DNA of 64,000 bases from Paraburkholderia sp. (GCF_047605525.1 NZ_JASGFN010000022.1:65611-129610); one strand, 5' to 3'. Shown: positions 18,898 to 28,981, counted from the first letter of the stretch. Program-made: numbers and translations. The notes: generated by a model not told the origin, from the sequence alone.

Positions 18898-19650
18898 TCA
18901 CCTCGTTGCACTGCTGTCGTTGCGATCGTCGCGCGGCTCGCCGCCGCGAAACGGCAGGCGTTGCCATAGCACGAACGGCTCGCCCGGCGCGGGCTCGACG
19001 AACAGTGCGGCCTGATCGATCGCGAGCGGTCCGAGCCGAGGCGTGCGCTGCCGCCACCATGCGAGCAGCGTCGCGCGCTCATCGGCATCGGCGAGCGAGC
19101 TCGACAGCGTCATATGAAAACGGAATTCGTCGAACACGTACGGATAGCCCCATTGAAGCAGCAGCATCCGTTGCCGTTCGCTAAGGGGCGCGGCGAGCCG
19201 GCGCGCGAGATCGGCCGCCGACGGTTGCGCGCGCAACGCATCGAGCGATTGCAGCGCGCTCGCCGCGACCTCGCGCATGCATGCATCGCCGTGTGCATCG
19301 GCGGGACGCAACGCGACGAAATCGCCGAGCGTCGCGGCTTCCACCGGCAATGCGAACGGGTGCTGCGTGAGCGCCCACGCGCGTGACGCGGCGAGCAGGT
19401 CGTCGTGCGTGACGTTATCGGCGAGCCGGAACGGCGCGACCAGCGTCCCATGCCAGCCATAGCGGCGCGGCGCATCGGTCAATGCCGCGAGCGGACGCGT
19501 CAAACCCGGCGGCTGCGGCGATACGCAATGCTCGCCGCTTTGCGCATCGCGGCCGAGCCATGCCGATCCGGCCTGCCACCACGCAGATTCCCGCGACGGC
19601 GCGTAGTACACGGCAAAGCGCGCGCGCGTGCCCCAGGCAGCGTCGCTCAC
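18898..19650 (-). CDS. DUF1045 phosphonate-metabolism protein (2H phosphoesterase-like)
   Basis: RFAVYYAP, YGWHGTLVAPF, WGYPYVFDEFRFHMTL; GTG start overlaps the phnF stop. Confidence 0.85.
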   Translation of the reverse strand: MSDAAWGTRARFAVYYAPSRESAWWQAGSAWLGRDAQSGEHCVSPQPPGLTRPLAALTDAPRRYGWHGTLVAPFRLADNVTHDDLLAASRAWALTQHPFALPVEAATLGDFVALRPADAHGDACMREVAASALQSLDALRAQPSAADLARRLAAPLSERQRMLLLQWGYPYVFDEFRFHMTLSSSLADADERATLLAWWRQRTPRLGPLAIDQAALFVEPAPGEPFVLWQRLPFRGGEPRDDRNDSSATR

Positions 19651-20405
19651 AGATCATGCTCCACGAAAAGCTGCACACGGTCCGCCGCGAAATGCGTAAA
19701 ACCGTATTTGACCGGCGTGCCCTGCATATCGACGTCGACGTTTTCGACCCACAGCACCGGCTGCTGACGGTTGATGTTCAAACGACGCGCCACTTCCGGC
19801 TCCGGCAGCACGCTGCCGATGCGGCTCCACTTGCGCAGATAATCGTTCACGCCGAATTCGGCGAGCGCCTTCGTCATGCCGCCGACCCGCTGCACCACGT
19901 CCGGCAGATCCGCGAAACGCGCGGCCGGATACCAGCTACGCGCGAACGTGAGCGGCACGCCGTCGGACTCGTTCAGCGATTCGATGCGATACACCGCCGT
20001 GCCGGCGCGCAGGCCCAACGCCTTCGCGACACCCGGCTCGGCTTTCATGCGCGCGGCCGACAGCATCTTGCCCGCCGCCGCATGATGCTGCTGGCGCAGG
20101 TTTTCGGTGAAGCGCGTGCGGCGGCCGATCGTATAGTCGATCGCGCCGGGCTGCACGAACGTGCCGCGCCCCTGCTCGACGCTGACGAGGCCGAGCGCGG
20201 CGAGACCGAGCATCGCGCGGCGCACTGTATGGCGGTTGACGTCGAAGCGCCTGGCCAGTTCGCCCTCGCTCGGCAGCCGGCCCTCCTCGCCGAAACCGCT
20301 GGCCGCGATCTCGGCGGCGAGAATCTGTTCGATCTGCCGCCAGACGGCCACGCCCGCGCCACGTTCGAGTGTCGTGGCCGGCGTCGCGCTGTCGTTCGAT
20401 GTCAT
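19647..20405 (-). CDS. phnF: Phosphonate metabolism regulator (GntR/HutC family)
   Basis: LPSEGELARRFDVNRHTVRRAM, EQGRGTFV, RTRFTENL, UTRA domain. Confidence 0.93.
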   Translation of the reverse strand: MTSNDSATPATTLERGAGVAVWRQIEQILAAEIAASGFGEEGRLPSEGELARRFDVNRHTVRRAMLGLAALGLVSVEQGRGTFVQPGAIDYTIGRRTRFTENLRQQHHAAAGKMLSAARMKAEPGVAKALGLRAGTAVYRIESLNESDGVPLTFARSWYPAARFADLPDVVQRVGGMTKALAEFGVNDYLRKWSRIGSVLPEPEVARRLNINRQQPVLWVENVDVDMQGTPVKYGFTHFAADRVQLFVEHDL

Positions 20406-20528
20406 GGTGCTGTCATTCCCCCAGGTTCAAATGATCGCCATGACGTGCATTGTAGTGCGCAAGCCGTGATGGAAATATGAAACGGCCGCTACACGCGGCG
20501 GCTCGCGGTACATCCAAGCACACCTATA

Positions 20529-20547
20529 AATGTCTAGACGTTTAGAT
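20529..20547. promoter_or_regulatory. Candidate PhnF operator in the phnF/phnG divergent promoter
   Basis: AAT-GTCTAGAC-GTT; the core matches the HutC-subfamily GT-N-TA-N-AC consensus and is followed by a degenerate GTTTAGAT. Confidence 0.6.
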
Positions 20548-20592
20548 GAATAGATGCTCAAATGCCCACTCGCTGGATCGACAGGAAATCCG

Positions 20593-21090
20593 ATGAGCGC
20601 CCCCTCCACCGCACCTTCTTCCGCCGTGCCGACGTCGGCGCGGCGCACCTGGATGGCCGTGCTGGCCCGCACCCCGCGCGCCGACCTCGAAGCCGCGCTG
20701 GAGCACGCGCTGCAAGGCCTCCCCACTCCCGCTTACGACTGGCTGCGGCCGCCTGAAACCGGCCTTGCAATGGTGCGCGGACGCATCGGCGGCAGCGGCG
20801 ATCCATTCAATCTCGGCGAAGCAACGGTCACGCGCGCCACGCTGCGTTTGCGCGCGACCGGCGGCACGGATGCGACCGTCGGCGTCGCCTGTCATCTGGG
20901 CCGCGACCGGCGCCGCGCCGAACTCGCCGCGCTCGCGGATGCACTGCTGCAAATGCCCGAGCATCACGACAGGTTGCATCGTCAACTGATCGATCCGTTC
21001 GCCGCACGGCAGCAGGCACGCCGCGCGCAACGGCAACAGGACGCCGCGTCGACGCGCGTCGAATTCTTCACGATGGTGCGGGGCGACTGA
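20593..21090 (+). CDS. phnG: C-P lyase subunit PhnG
   Basis: RPPETGLAMVRGRIGGSGDPFNLGEATVTR, TRVEFFTMVRG. Confidence 0.95.
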   Translation: MSAPSTAPSSAVPTSARRTWMAVLARTPRADLEAALEHALQGLPTPAYDWLRPPETGLAMVRGRIGGSGDPFNLGEATVTRATLRLRATGGTDATVGVACHLGRDRRRAELAALADALLQMPEHHDRLHRQLIDPFAARQQARRAQRQQDAASTRVEFFTMVRGD

Positions 21091-21701
21091 TGGAAAGCTC
21101 CCAGATTGCGTTGTCCGCGCTGACACCGGGCTTCGCGGATCCGGTCCACGACACGCAGGCCGTGTTTCGCACGCTGCTCGATGCACTGTCGCGGCCGGGC
21201 ACGATCGGCCTCATCGGCGACGTGCTGCCCGAGCCGCATGGTACGCGCGCCGAACCCGCCGCGTTCGCGGCACTGTTGGCCCTCTGCGATGACACAACGC
21301 CGGTCTGGCTCGCGCAAGCCGATACCGCGCTCGCATCGGCCGTGCGTTTTCATACCGGTGCGCCGCTCGTCGACGCGCCCGCCACGGCCGCGTTCGCGTA
21401 TATCCATGAAGCCGGCGCATTGCCGCTGCTGGAAAGCTTCGCGCCTGGCAGCGCCGAGTCGCCCGAGCAGTCGGCCACGCTGCTGATCCGCGTCGAGGCG
21501 CTGACGGGTGGCGCGCCGGTGGTGCTGAGCGGCCCCGGCATCCTCGACACCGCAACCATTTCACCTGCCGGCCTGCCCGCGCGGTTCTGGCGCGAACGCG
21601 CGGCGCTCGCGCCGCTTTTCCCGTGCGGCGTCGACTGTTATCTGGTTTGCGGCACGCGCCTGATCGGCCTGCCGCGCACAACTGAAGCGAAGGTGAACTG
21701 A
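21090..21701 (+). CDS. phnH: C-P lyase subunit PhnH
   Basis: PGFADPVHDTQAVFRTLLDALSRPG, FHTGAP, LSGPGI, FPCGVD, GLPRTT. Confidence 0.95.
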   Translation: MESSQIALSALTPGFADPVHDTQAVFRTLLDALSRPGTIGLIGDVLPEPHGTRAEPAAFAALLALCDDTTPVWLAQADTALASAVRFHTGAPLVDAPATAAFAYIHEAGALPLLESFAPGSAESPEQSATLLIRVEALTGGAPVVLSGPGILDTATISPAGLPARFWRERAALAPLFPCGVDCYLVCGTRLIGLPRTTEAKVN

Positions 21702-22834
21702 TGTACGTTGCCGTCAAAGGTGGAGAGCGCGCGATCGAAGCATCGTGGCGCCTGCTCGACAACGCGCGCCGCGGCGATACGCGGATCGCCGAACTCAGCG
21801 TCGCGCAGATTCGCGAACAGTTGCGTCTCGCGGTCGCGCGCGTGATGACCGAAGGCTCGGTCTACGACGAAGAACTCGCGGCGCTCGCGATCAAGCAGGC
21901 CGCCGGCGATCTGGTCGAGGCGATCTTCCTGCTGCGCGCATACCGCACCACGTTGCCGCGTTTCGGCTACACGCGCGCGATCGACACCGAAACGATGCAG
22001 GTCGAGCGGCGCATTTCCGCGACCTTCAAGGATGTGCCGGGTGGCCAACTTCTCGGCGCGACCTACGATTACACGCAGCGTCTGCTCGATTTCGCATTGC
22101 TCGCCGACGGTCCTCATGAAGCGGATGCACAGTATGGCAACGCGTCGACGCCGCGGGAACCGTCCGCGACGGAACCGATGCCGCGCGTCGTTTCATTGCT
22201 CGACAAGGAAGGCCTGATCGAACAGGAACGCCCGACCCCCGGCGGCGTGGAACCCGGCGATCTGTCGCGCGAGCCGCTTGCGTTTCCGGCAAGCCGCGCG
22301 ACGCGTCTGCAGAATCTCGCGCGCGGCGACGAAGGCTTCCTGCTCGCGATGGGTTACGCGACGCAACGCGGCTACGCGCATTCGCATCCGTTCGCGGGCG
22401 AGATCCGCTTCGGCACGATCGCGGTCGAGATGGAGCTCGACGAACTTGGCGAAGCCGTCGATATCGGCGATATCGACATCACCGAATGCCAGATGATCAA
22501 CCAGTTCGCGGGCAGCGGCGCCGTGCCGCCCACGTTCACGCAAGGCTACGGCCTCGCGTTCGGCCACTCGGAGCGCAAGGCGATGGCGATGGCGCTCGTC
22601 GATCGCGCGTTGCGTGCCGAAGAACTCGGCGAAACGCTTGCATCGCCGACGCAGGACATCGAATTCATGCTGTCGCACAGTGACAACGTCGAAGCGTCGG
22701 GCTTCGTGCAGCATCTGAAGCTGCCGCATTACGTCGATTTTCAGGCTGAGCTCGAACTGGTGCGGCGTCTGCGCGCGCAGCATCGGCGCAGCGATGAAGC
22801 CGGCCACGCCACCGACAGGGAGCAGGCAGCATGA
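21701..22834 (+). CDS. phnI: C-P lyase subunit PhnI
   Basis: MYVAVKGGERAI, RRISATFKDVPGGQLLG, GFVQHLKLPHYVDFQ. Confidence 0.96.
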   Translation: MYVAVKGGERAIEASWRLLDNARRGDTRIAELSVAQIREQLRLAVARVMTEGSVYDEELAALAIKQAAGDLVEAIFLLRAYRTTLPRFGYTRAIDTETMQVERRISATFKDVPGGQLLGATYDYTQRLLDFALLADGPHEADAQYGNASTPREPSATEPMPRVVSLLDKEGLIEQERPTPGGVEPGDLSREPLAFPASRATRLQNLARGDEGFLLAMGYATQRGYAHSHPFAGEIRFGTIAVEMELDELGEAVDIGDIDITECQMINQFAGSGAVPPTFTQGYGLAFGHSERKAMAMALVDRALRAEELGETLASPTQDIEFMLSHSDNVEASGFVQHLKLPHYVDFQAELELVRRLRAQHRRSDEAGHATDREQAA

Positions 22835-23775
22835 ACGCGCCGGACACCGCTCTTTCTCCCGCCTCGTACGACAGCGCCGCGCACGGCTACAACTTCGCGT
22901 ATCTCGACGAGCAGACCAAGCGCATGCTGCGCCGCGCGTTACTCAAGGCGGTCGCCGTGCCGGGCTATCAGGTGCCGTTCGCGTCGCGTGAAATGCCGCT
23001 GCCGTTCGGCTGGGGCACCGGTGGCATCCAGGTGACGGCCGCGATCATCGGCAGGAACGACACGCTGAAGGTCATCGACCAGGGCTCGGATGAAACCACC
23101 AATGCGGTCAACATCCGCCGCTTTTTCGCGCGAACGACCGGCGTCGCGACCACGCGCCGCACGAGCGAGGCGACGATCATCCAGACCCGTCACCGGATTC
23201 CCGAAACGCCGCTCACCGAGCGGCAGACTCTCGTCTATCAGGTGCCGATGCCCGAGCCGCTGTACCGGCTCGAACCGCGCGTCGCCGAATGCAAAAAGCT
23301 GCATGCGCTCGCCGATTATGGGCTGATCAGCGTGAAGCTTTACGAGGACATCGTGCATCACGGCAGCATCGCGACCACCTACGACTATCCGGTGATCATC
23401 AATCATCGCTATCTGACCTCGCCGTCGCCGATTCCGAAATTCGACAACCCGAAGATGCATATGAACCCCGCGCTGCAACTGTTCGGCGCGGGCCGCGAAC
23501 GCCGCATTCATGCGATTCCGCCGTACACGCCGGTGCGCAGCCTCGACTTCGATGATCATCCGTTCGAAGTGCAGAAATGGCAGCATGCATGCGCGCTGTG
23601 CGGATCGAAGGAAAGCTTTCTCGACGAAATGATCGTCGACGACGCGGGCACGCGCATGTTCGTCTGCTCGGATAGCGACTACTGCCACGCGCGGCGCGGC
23701 GATGGTGAAACCGCTGCCGATGCCGAAGCACAGCAGCCGCTGCCCCGCGGCACGCGCGAAGGAGAATCCGCATGA
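22831..23775 (+). CDS. phnJ: C-P lyase radical-SAM/glycyl-radical subunit PhnJ
   Basis: PFGWGTGG, LFGAGRE, CALCGS and FVCSDSDYC cysteines. Confidence 0.96.
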   Translation: MNAPDTALSPASYDSAAHGYNFAYLDEQTKRMLRRALLKAVAVPGYQVPFASREMPLPFGWGTGGIQVTAAIIGRNDTLKVIDQGSDETTNAVNIRRFFARTTGVATTRRTSEATIIQTRHRIPETPLTERQTLVYQVPMPEPLYRLEPRVAECKKLHALADYGLISVKLYEDIVHHGSIATTYDYPVIINHRYLTSPSPIPKFDNPKMHMNPALQLFGAGRERRIHAIPPYTPVRSLDFDDHPFEVQKWQHACALCGSKESFLDEMIVDDAGTRMFVCSDSDYCHARRGDGETAADAEAQQPLPRGTREGESA

Positions 23776-24542
23776 CGCCGCTGCTGAGCGCCCGCGCGCT
23801 CATCAAACAGTATGGCGGCCGCAACGGTTGCCGCAACGTGAGCTTCGATCTGTATCCGGGCGAGGTGCTGTGCATCGTCGGCGAATCGGGCTCGGGCAAG
23901 ACCACGCTGCTCAACACGCTCGCGTTGAAGACCGGGGCCGACAGCGGCTCGCTGCATTACACCGCGTCGCATGGCGACACGCTCGATCTGCGCGCGCTGT
24001 CCGAGCCGCGCCGCCGTCTGCTGATGCGCACCGAGTGGGGCTTCGTGCAGCAGAATCCGCGCGACGGATTGCGCGGCGGCGTGTCGGCCGGCGCGAACAT
24101 CGGCGAGCCGCTGATGGCCGTCGGCGCGCGCCACTATGGCGAGATTCGCCGCGCGGCGACGCAGTGGATGGAGCGCGTCGAACTCGACCCGATGCGTATC
24201 GACGAATTTCCCGCCGCGTTTTCGGGCGGTATGCAGCAGCGCCTGCAGATCGCGCGCAATCTCGTCACCGGTCCGCGCCTCGTCTTCATGGACGAACCGA
24301 CCGCCGGCCTCGACGTATCGGTGCAGGCGCGTCTGCTCGATCTGCTGCGCACGCTGACGTCCACGCTGCATCTGTCGGTGCTGATCGTCACGCACGATAT
24401 CGGCGTCGCGCGTCTGCTCGCGCATCGGCTGATGGTGATGCAGGCGGGCGAAGTCGTCGAGGCGGGATTGACCGATCAGGTGCTCGACGATCCGCAGCAC
24501 CCGTATACGCAAACGCTGGTTTCCTCGGTTCTGCCGGCTTGA
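23772..24542 (+). CDS. phnK: C-P lyase ABC-type ATPase PhnK
   Basis: GESGSGKTT, RRLLMRTEWGFVQQNPRDGLR, FSGGMQQRLQIAR. Confidence 0.95.
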   Translation: MTPLLSARALIKQYGGRNGCRNVSFDLYPGEVLCIVGESGSGKTTLLNTLALKTGADSGSLHYTASHGDTLDLRALSEPRRRLLMRTEWGFVQQNPRDGLRGGVSAGANIGEPLMAVGARHYGEIRRAATQWMERVELDPMRIDEFPAAFSGGMQQRLQIARNLVTGPRLVFMDEPTAGLDVSVQARLLDLLRTLTSTLHLSVLIVTHDIGVARLLAHRLMVMQAGEVVEAGLTDQVLDDPQHPYTQTLVSSVLPA

Positions 24543-24550
24543 GACTCACC

Positions 24551-25339
24551 ATGCGATTCATTGAAACAGGCATCGAAACAGGCGTTCAAACTCGCCACGC
24601 CGGGTGCGCTTTCGCCGCCAACGCGGCGCTGATGCTGCGCGCCGCCGGCATCGGCAAGACCTTCACGCTGCACGGCCAGGGCGGCGTGCGGATCGAAGCG
24701 CTCGCAAACGTGTCGCTCGACGTCGAACGCGGCGAATGCGTGGTGCTGGTCGGACCGTCGGGCGCGGGCAAAAGCACGCTGCTGCGTTGTCTGTACGGCA
24801 ACTATCTCGCGAGTGCCGGTTCGATCGAGATCCGCGACACGAGCGATGGCGGCCGACCCATGTCGATCACGGGCGCCGAGCCGCGCGACGTGCTGCGCCT
24901 GCGCCGTAGTGTGGTCGGCTACGTGAGCCAGTTTCTGCGCGTGATTCCGCGCGTGCCGACGCTCACGCTCGTCGCCGAGCCGCTGCTGTTGCGCGGCGTC
25001 GCCGAAGACGAAGCACGCGCGCGCGCCGCTGCGCTGCTCGCGCGCCTGAATGTGCCCGAGCGGCTATGGGCGCTCGCGCCCGCCACGTTTTCCGGCGGCG
25101 AACAGCAGCGTGTGAATATCGCGCGCGGTTTGATCGCCGGGCATCCGTTGCTGCTGCTCGACGAACCGACCGCGTCGCTCGACGCGGAAAACCGCGACGT
25201 GGTGGCCGATCTGGTCGTCGAGGCACGCGAGCGCGGCGCGGCGATCGTCGGTATCTTTCACGACGAGGAGACGCGTCGCAAGGTGGCGACTCGTCGCGTG
25301 GAACTGCGGCCGCCGCGGCGCCACCAGGCGAGCGGGTGA
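24551..25339 (+). CDS. phnL: C-P lyase ABC-type ATPase PhnL
   Basis: KTFTLHGQGG, GPSGAGKST, YVSQFLRVIPRV, APATFSGGEQQRVN, GIFHD; ATG 24551. Confidence 0.94.
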   Translation: MRFIETGIETGVQTRHAGCAFAANAALMLRAAGIGKTFTLHGQGGVRIEALANVSLDVERGECVVLVGPSGAGKSTLLRCLYGNYLASAGSIEIRDTSDGGRPMSITGAEPRDVLRLRRSVVGYVSQFLRVIPRVPTLTLVAEPLLLRGVAEDEARARAAALLARLNVPERLWALAPATFSGGEQQRVNIARGLIAGHPLLLLDEPTASLDAENRDVVADLVVEARERGAAIVGIFHDEETRRKVATRRVELRPPRRHQASG

Positions 25340-25463
25340 GATCGACATCGCCGGGGACTAAACTGAAGCCAGGTGACGCGACAGGCCGCGCGTTCGAGCG
25401 CCACGCGGCACGTGCCTGAACGCACACGGCAACCACCAGCCCGACTGACTACGGAGCAAGTCG

Positions 25464-26597
25464 ATGTTGATCAGCAACGCGCGCATCGTGACGCGAGACG
25501 AAGTATTCACCGGCGCGGTACGCATCGAGGACAGCGTGATTCGCGACGTCGAACGCGGCGCGACTTCCGCGCGCGATGCCGAAGACTGGGACGGCGACTA
25601 TCTGCTGCCGGGTCTGATCGAACTGCATACGGACAATCTCGAGAAGCATCTGGCGCCTCGCCCCGGCGTCGAATGGAACACCGACGCCGCCTTCGTGATT
25701 CACGACGCGCAGGTCGCCGCCGCCGGCATCACGACCGTGTTCGACGCGCTCGCGATCGGCTCGCGCTGGAATGTCGGGCTGCGCGGCCGCGATCTGCAAA
25801 TGAAATGCGCCGACTCGCTGCTGCGGCTGTCCGCGCGCCAACTGCTGCGCGCCGAGCACTTCCTGCACCTGCGCTGCGAGGTCGCGACCGCCGACATCGT
25901 CGACGTATTCGATTCGTTGTGCGTGCATCCGCTGCTGCGGCTCGCGTCGGTGATGGACCACACGCCCGGTCAGCGGCAATGGCACGATCGCGAGCAATGG
26001 CGCCGCTATCAGGAGCGCAACGGCAAGCTGAGCGACGAGCGCATCGCCAGCGCGCTCGCCGAACTCGCGGTCGAACAGGAACGCTACGCGGATGCGCATC
26101 GCCGCGAAATCGTCTCGCGCTGCAAAACGCTCGGCATTCCGGTCGCGAGCCACGACGACACGCTGATCGAACACGTCGAACAGGCGCGGGCGGAGGGCAT
26201 CGTGCTCGCCGAATTCCCGACCACGCGCGTTGCCGCCGAAGCCGCGCGCGAGCACGGCATCGCGACGATCATGGGCGCGCCGAACGTGGTGCGCGGCGGT
26301 TCGCACTCGGGTAACGTGTCGGCTCTGGAACTCGCGCGGGCGGATCTGCTCGACATTCTCTCGTCGGATTACGTGCCGTCGAGTTTGCTGACCGCGGTGT
26401 TCGATCTCGTGGAAAAAGCAGGCTGGACGCTGCCGCGCGCGATGTCGACGGTCTCCGCCGAGCCGGCGCGCACGGCCGGGTTGAGCGACCGCGGCGCGAT
26501 CGAGCCGGGCCTGCGCGCGGACTTCGTGCGCGTGACGATGCTCGGCGCGCTGCCGGTGCCGCGCGCGACTTATCGGGGTGGAGTGCGGATCGTTTGA
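25464..26597 (+). CDS. phnM: Alpha-D-ribose 1-methylphosphonate 5-triphosphate diphosphatase
   Basis: LPGLIELHTDNLE, MDHTPGQRQ, ASHDD, AEFPTT, MGAPNVVRGGSHSGN, LSSDY. Confidence 0.96.
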   Translation: MLISNARIVTRDEVFTGAVRIEDSVIRDVERGATSARDAEDWDGDYLLPGLIELHTDNLEKHLAPRPGVEWNTDAAFVIHDAQVAAAGITTVFDALAIGSRWNVGLRGRDLQMKCADSLLRLSARQLLRAEHFLHLRCEVATADIVDVFDSLCVHPLLRLASVMDHTPGQRQWHDREQWRRYQERNGKLSDERIASALAELAVEQERYADAHRREIVSRCKTLGIPVASHDDTLIEHVEQARAEGIVLAEFPTTRVAAEAAREHGIATIMGAPNVVRGGSHSGNVSALELARADLLDILSSDYVPSSLLTAVFDLVEKAGWTLPRAMSTVSAEPARTAGLSDRGAIEPGLRADFVRVTMLGALPVPRATYRGGVRIV

Positions 26598-26628
26598 GTG
26601 GTAGCAGGCGTAAGCGCCCGCTGGACCC

Positions 26629-27416
26629 TCAGGTCGACAACGGCACGCGCTCCGGCTCGTCCGCTTCGAACCAGGCGGGATTGCGCTCGGCAATCGGCCC
26701 GAGCGATACCAGGATCTCGCGCAGATGGCTGCGCATCGCGTCTTCAGCGGCACCGGGGTCGTGCGCGCGCAGGCCGGCAAGAATCTTCGCGTGCTGCCGG
26801 ATCAGCAGATCGAGCGGCGAGACCTCCGGCAGGCTCAGATAGCGCACCCGGTCCATCTGCGCCTTGATGTCCTGAATCGTTTCCCATGCGGCCGTGCAAT
26901 CTATCGCCTGCGCGATCGCGTAGTGAAACGCTTCGTCGAGTGCGAGAAACGCGGCGGTGTCGTTCGATTTCGCCGCAAGCCTCTGCTCACGCAGATTGTC
27001 CGCGAGCGCCTGCAACTGCTCGTCGGTGATCGCGACGGCTGCCTTGCGCACCACCGCGGTTTCGATCGCCTCGCGAATGAAACGCCCTTCGCGCACCTGA
27101 CGCGGCGAAATCCGCTTCACGAACGTGCCGCGCTGCGGCAGCACCTGCAACACGCCCGCCTCGACCAGCTTGATGAACGCCTCGCGCACCGGCTGTCGCG
27201 ACACCTGGAACATGTCCGACACTTCCTTCTCCGACAGCGGCGTGCCCGGCACCAACTGGCCGGCGAAAATCGCCTCGCGCAGCGCGCGGAAAATCTGTTT
27301 GCCGATCGGCTCGTGTGAATCGAACGACAGATTCGCGGTCAGGTCGGGCAGCGCGGCGCGCGCGCGGCATCGGTGGAAAGAGACGAGGCGATGGCGAAGG
27401 GGTTGCGGGTCGGCAT
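26629..27416 (-). CDS. rspR: GntR/FCD regulator, RspR (YdfH)-like; start uncertain, possible 2-bp frameshift near the 5' end
   Basis: PGTPLSEKEVS, VSRQPVREAFIKL, WETIQDIKAQMDRVRY closely follow my recollection of E. coli RspR; no in-frame ATG before the HTH; ATG 27416 is out of frame. Confidence 0.75.
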
Positions 27417-27556
27417 TGGCAAGGCAACGGATAGCGGCGGATCGAAGGCGACAAGCGGGTGGAAGAGCAGATGGAAGGCCGGTGCGTCGCGCGGTCACGT
27501 GAAGCGCGATGACTGGCACACTGCGCAGGCCCACACACTGCGGGCTTCGCACCATA

Positions 27557-28861
27557 CTACCATGCGCGCTCGACCGCCAACGCGCCCGTGCGCGGCTCGC
27601 GCACCCATACGAACGAACACAGCGCGCCGAGCACCGCGACCGCGCCGGCCAGCACGAACGCGCTGCCGTACGTGCCATGCGTCGCCTCGACGATAAAGCC
27701 CGTTACCGCGGGGCCGATCACGCCGGCGAGATTCGCGAGCAGATGCACGAAACCACCCACCCCGCCGACGTGTTCGCGCGGCACGGTGTCCTGGATCACC
27801 GCCCAATACACGGCGCCCGTCACATACAGAAAGAAGATCGACACCGACATCAGCGCGACCGCCCCTTGCGTGCTGGCCACGCGGCCGGCCAGCGCGACGC
27901 ACACCGCCGCCGCGCCGAGGCAGGTGCCGAGCACGAGCTTGCGCGACAGCAGCGGCTTGCCGGTGATACGCAGGATGAAGTCCGAGATGAAACCGCCGGC
28001 CGCGAGTCCGACGCTGCCGAGCAGCCACGGAATCACCGTCGCGATGCTCATGTCCTGCAGGCTCAGGTGATGCGCCTCGGTCAGATAGCTCGGGAACCAC
28101 GACAGGAAGAAAAACAGCACGTAGTTATACGAGAAGAACGCAAAAGCGGTCGCGAGAATGATCGGCTTGCGCAGAAAGTAGCCGAGGCCCGGCTTGCCGC
28201 CCTCGCCCGCATGGCCGCCCGCGTGATCGCCCGGATGCTCGCCCGCCTGGCCGGCGCGGATCAGGTCGAGTTCGGCCGGCGTGATGCGCGCCTGCTCGTG
28301 CGGATGTTCGGTCGTCGTGAGCGACCACAGCACGAGCCACGCGAGCCCGAACACCATGATCGCGACGAACGCCCAGCGCCAGCCGAACTGCACCGCCATG
28401 AAGCCAACCACCGGCCCCGCCAGCGCGCCGCCAAGCGGCGTGCCCGAACTGATCACGCCGATCGCGCTCGCCACCTCGCGGCGCGGAAACCAGTTGTTGA
28501 CCATCTTGCTCGTCGACGAACTGAACGGCCCTTCGCCCATGCCGAACAGCACGCGCAGAACGATCAGCGAACCGATGCCGCCCGCGAGCGCGGTCGCGCC
28601 GCAAAACACCGACCACACGCCCATCGCGGTGCCGAACACGCGCTTCGCGCCCACCTTGTCCGACAGCAGGCCGCCGACGAAATTGAACAGCGCATAACCG
28701 ATGAAAAAGCTGCTGAACACGACGCCCATCTGCGCGTGCGAAAAGTTCAGATCCTTCTGGATCAGCGGCGCGGTGATCGACAGCGCCGCGCGATCGAGGT
28801 AATTGATGACGCCCGCCAGAAACAGCAGCGCGACGATAAACCAGCGTTGACTCTTGATCAT
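27557..28861 (-). CDS. MFS transporter, ACS family (hexuronate/aldonate type)
   Basis: RWFIVALLFLAGVINYLDR, GLLSDKVGAKR, GMGEGP, WFPRRE; AGGAG RBS before ATG 28861. Confidence 0.92.
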   Translation of the reverse strand: MIKSQRWFIVALLFLAGVINYLDRAALSITAPLIQKDLNFSHAQMGVVFSSFFIGYALFNFVGGLLSDKVGAKRVFGTAMGVWSVFCGATALAGGIGSLIVLRVLFGMGEGPFSSSTSKMVNNWFPRREVASAIGVISSGTPLGGALAGPVVGFMAVQFGWRWAFVAIMVFGLAWLVLWSLTTTEHPHEQARITPAELDLIRAGQAGEHPGDHAGGHAGEGGKPGLGYFLRKPIILATAFAFFSYNYVLFFFLSWFPSYLTEAHHLSLQDMSIATVIPWLLGSVGLAAGGFISDFILRITGKPLLSRKLVLGTCLGAAAVCVALAGRVASTQGAVALMSVSIFFLYVTGAVYWAVIQDTVPREHVGGVGGFVHLLANLAGVIGPAVTGFIVEATHGTYGSAFVLAGAVAVLGALCSFVWVREPRTGALAVERAW

Positions 28862-28981
28862 CAGGTGTCTCCTTCGACGCGCCTCTCGAGGGGCGTTCGG
28901 AACCGTCTGGGGGTTGGGTTCGAGGGTTGAATGCGGGAGCGTGATCCCCCTGGGGATCACGGCATGCGCAAGCGCTTTTTA

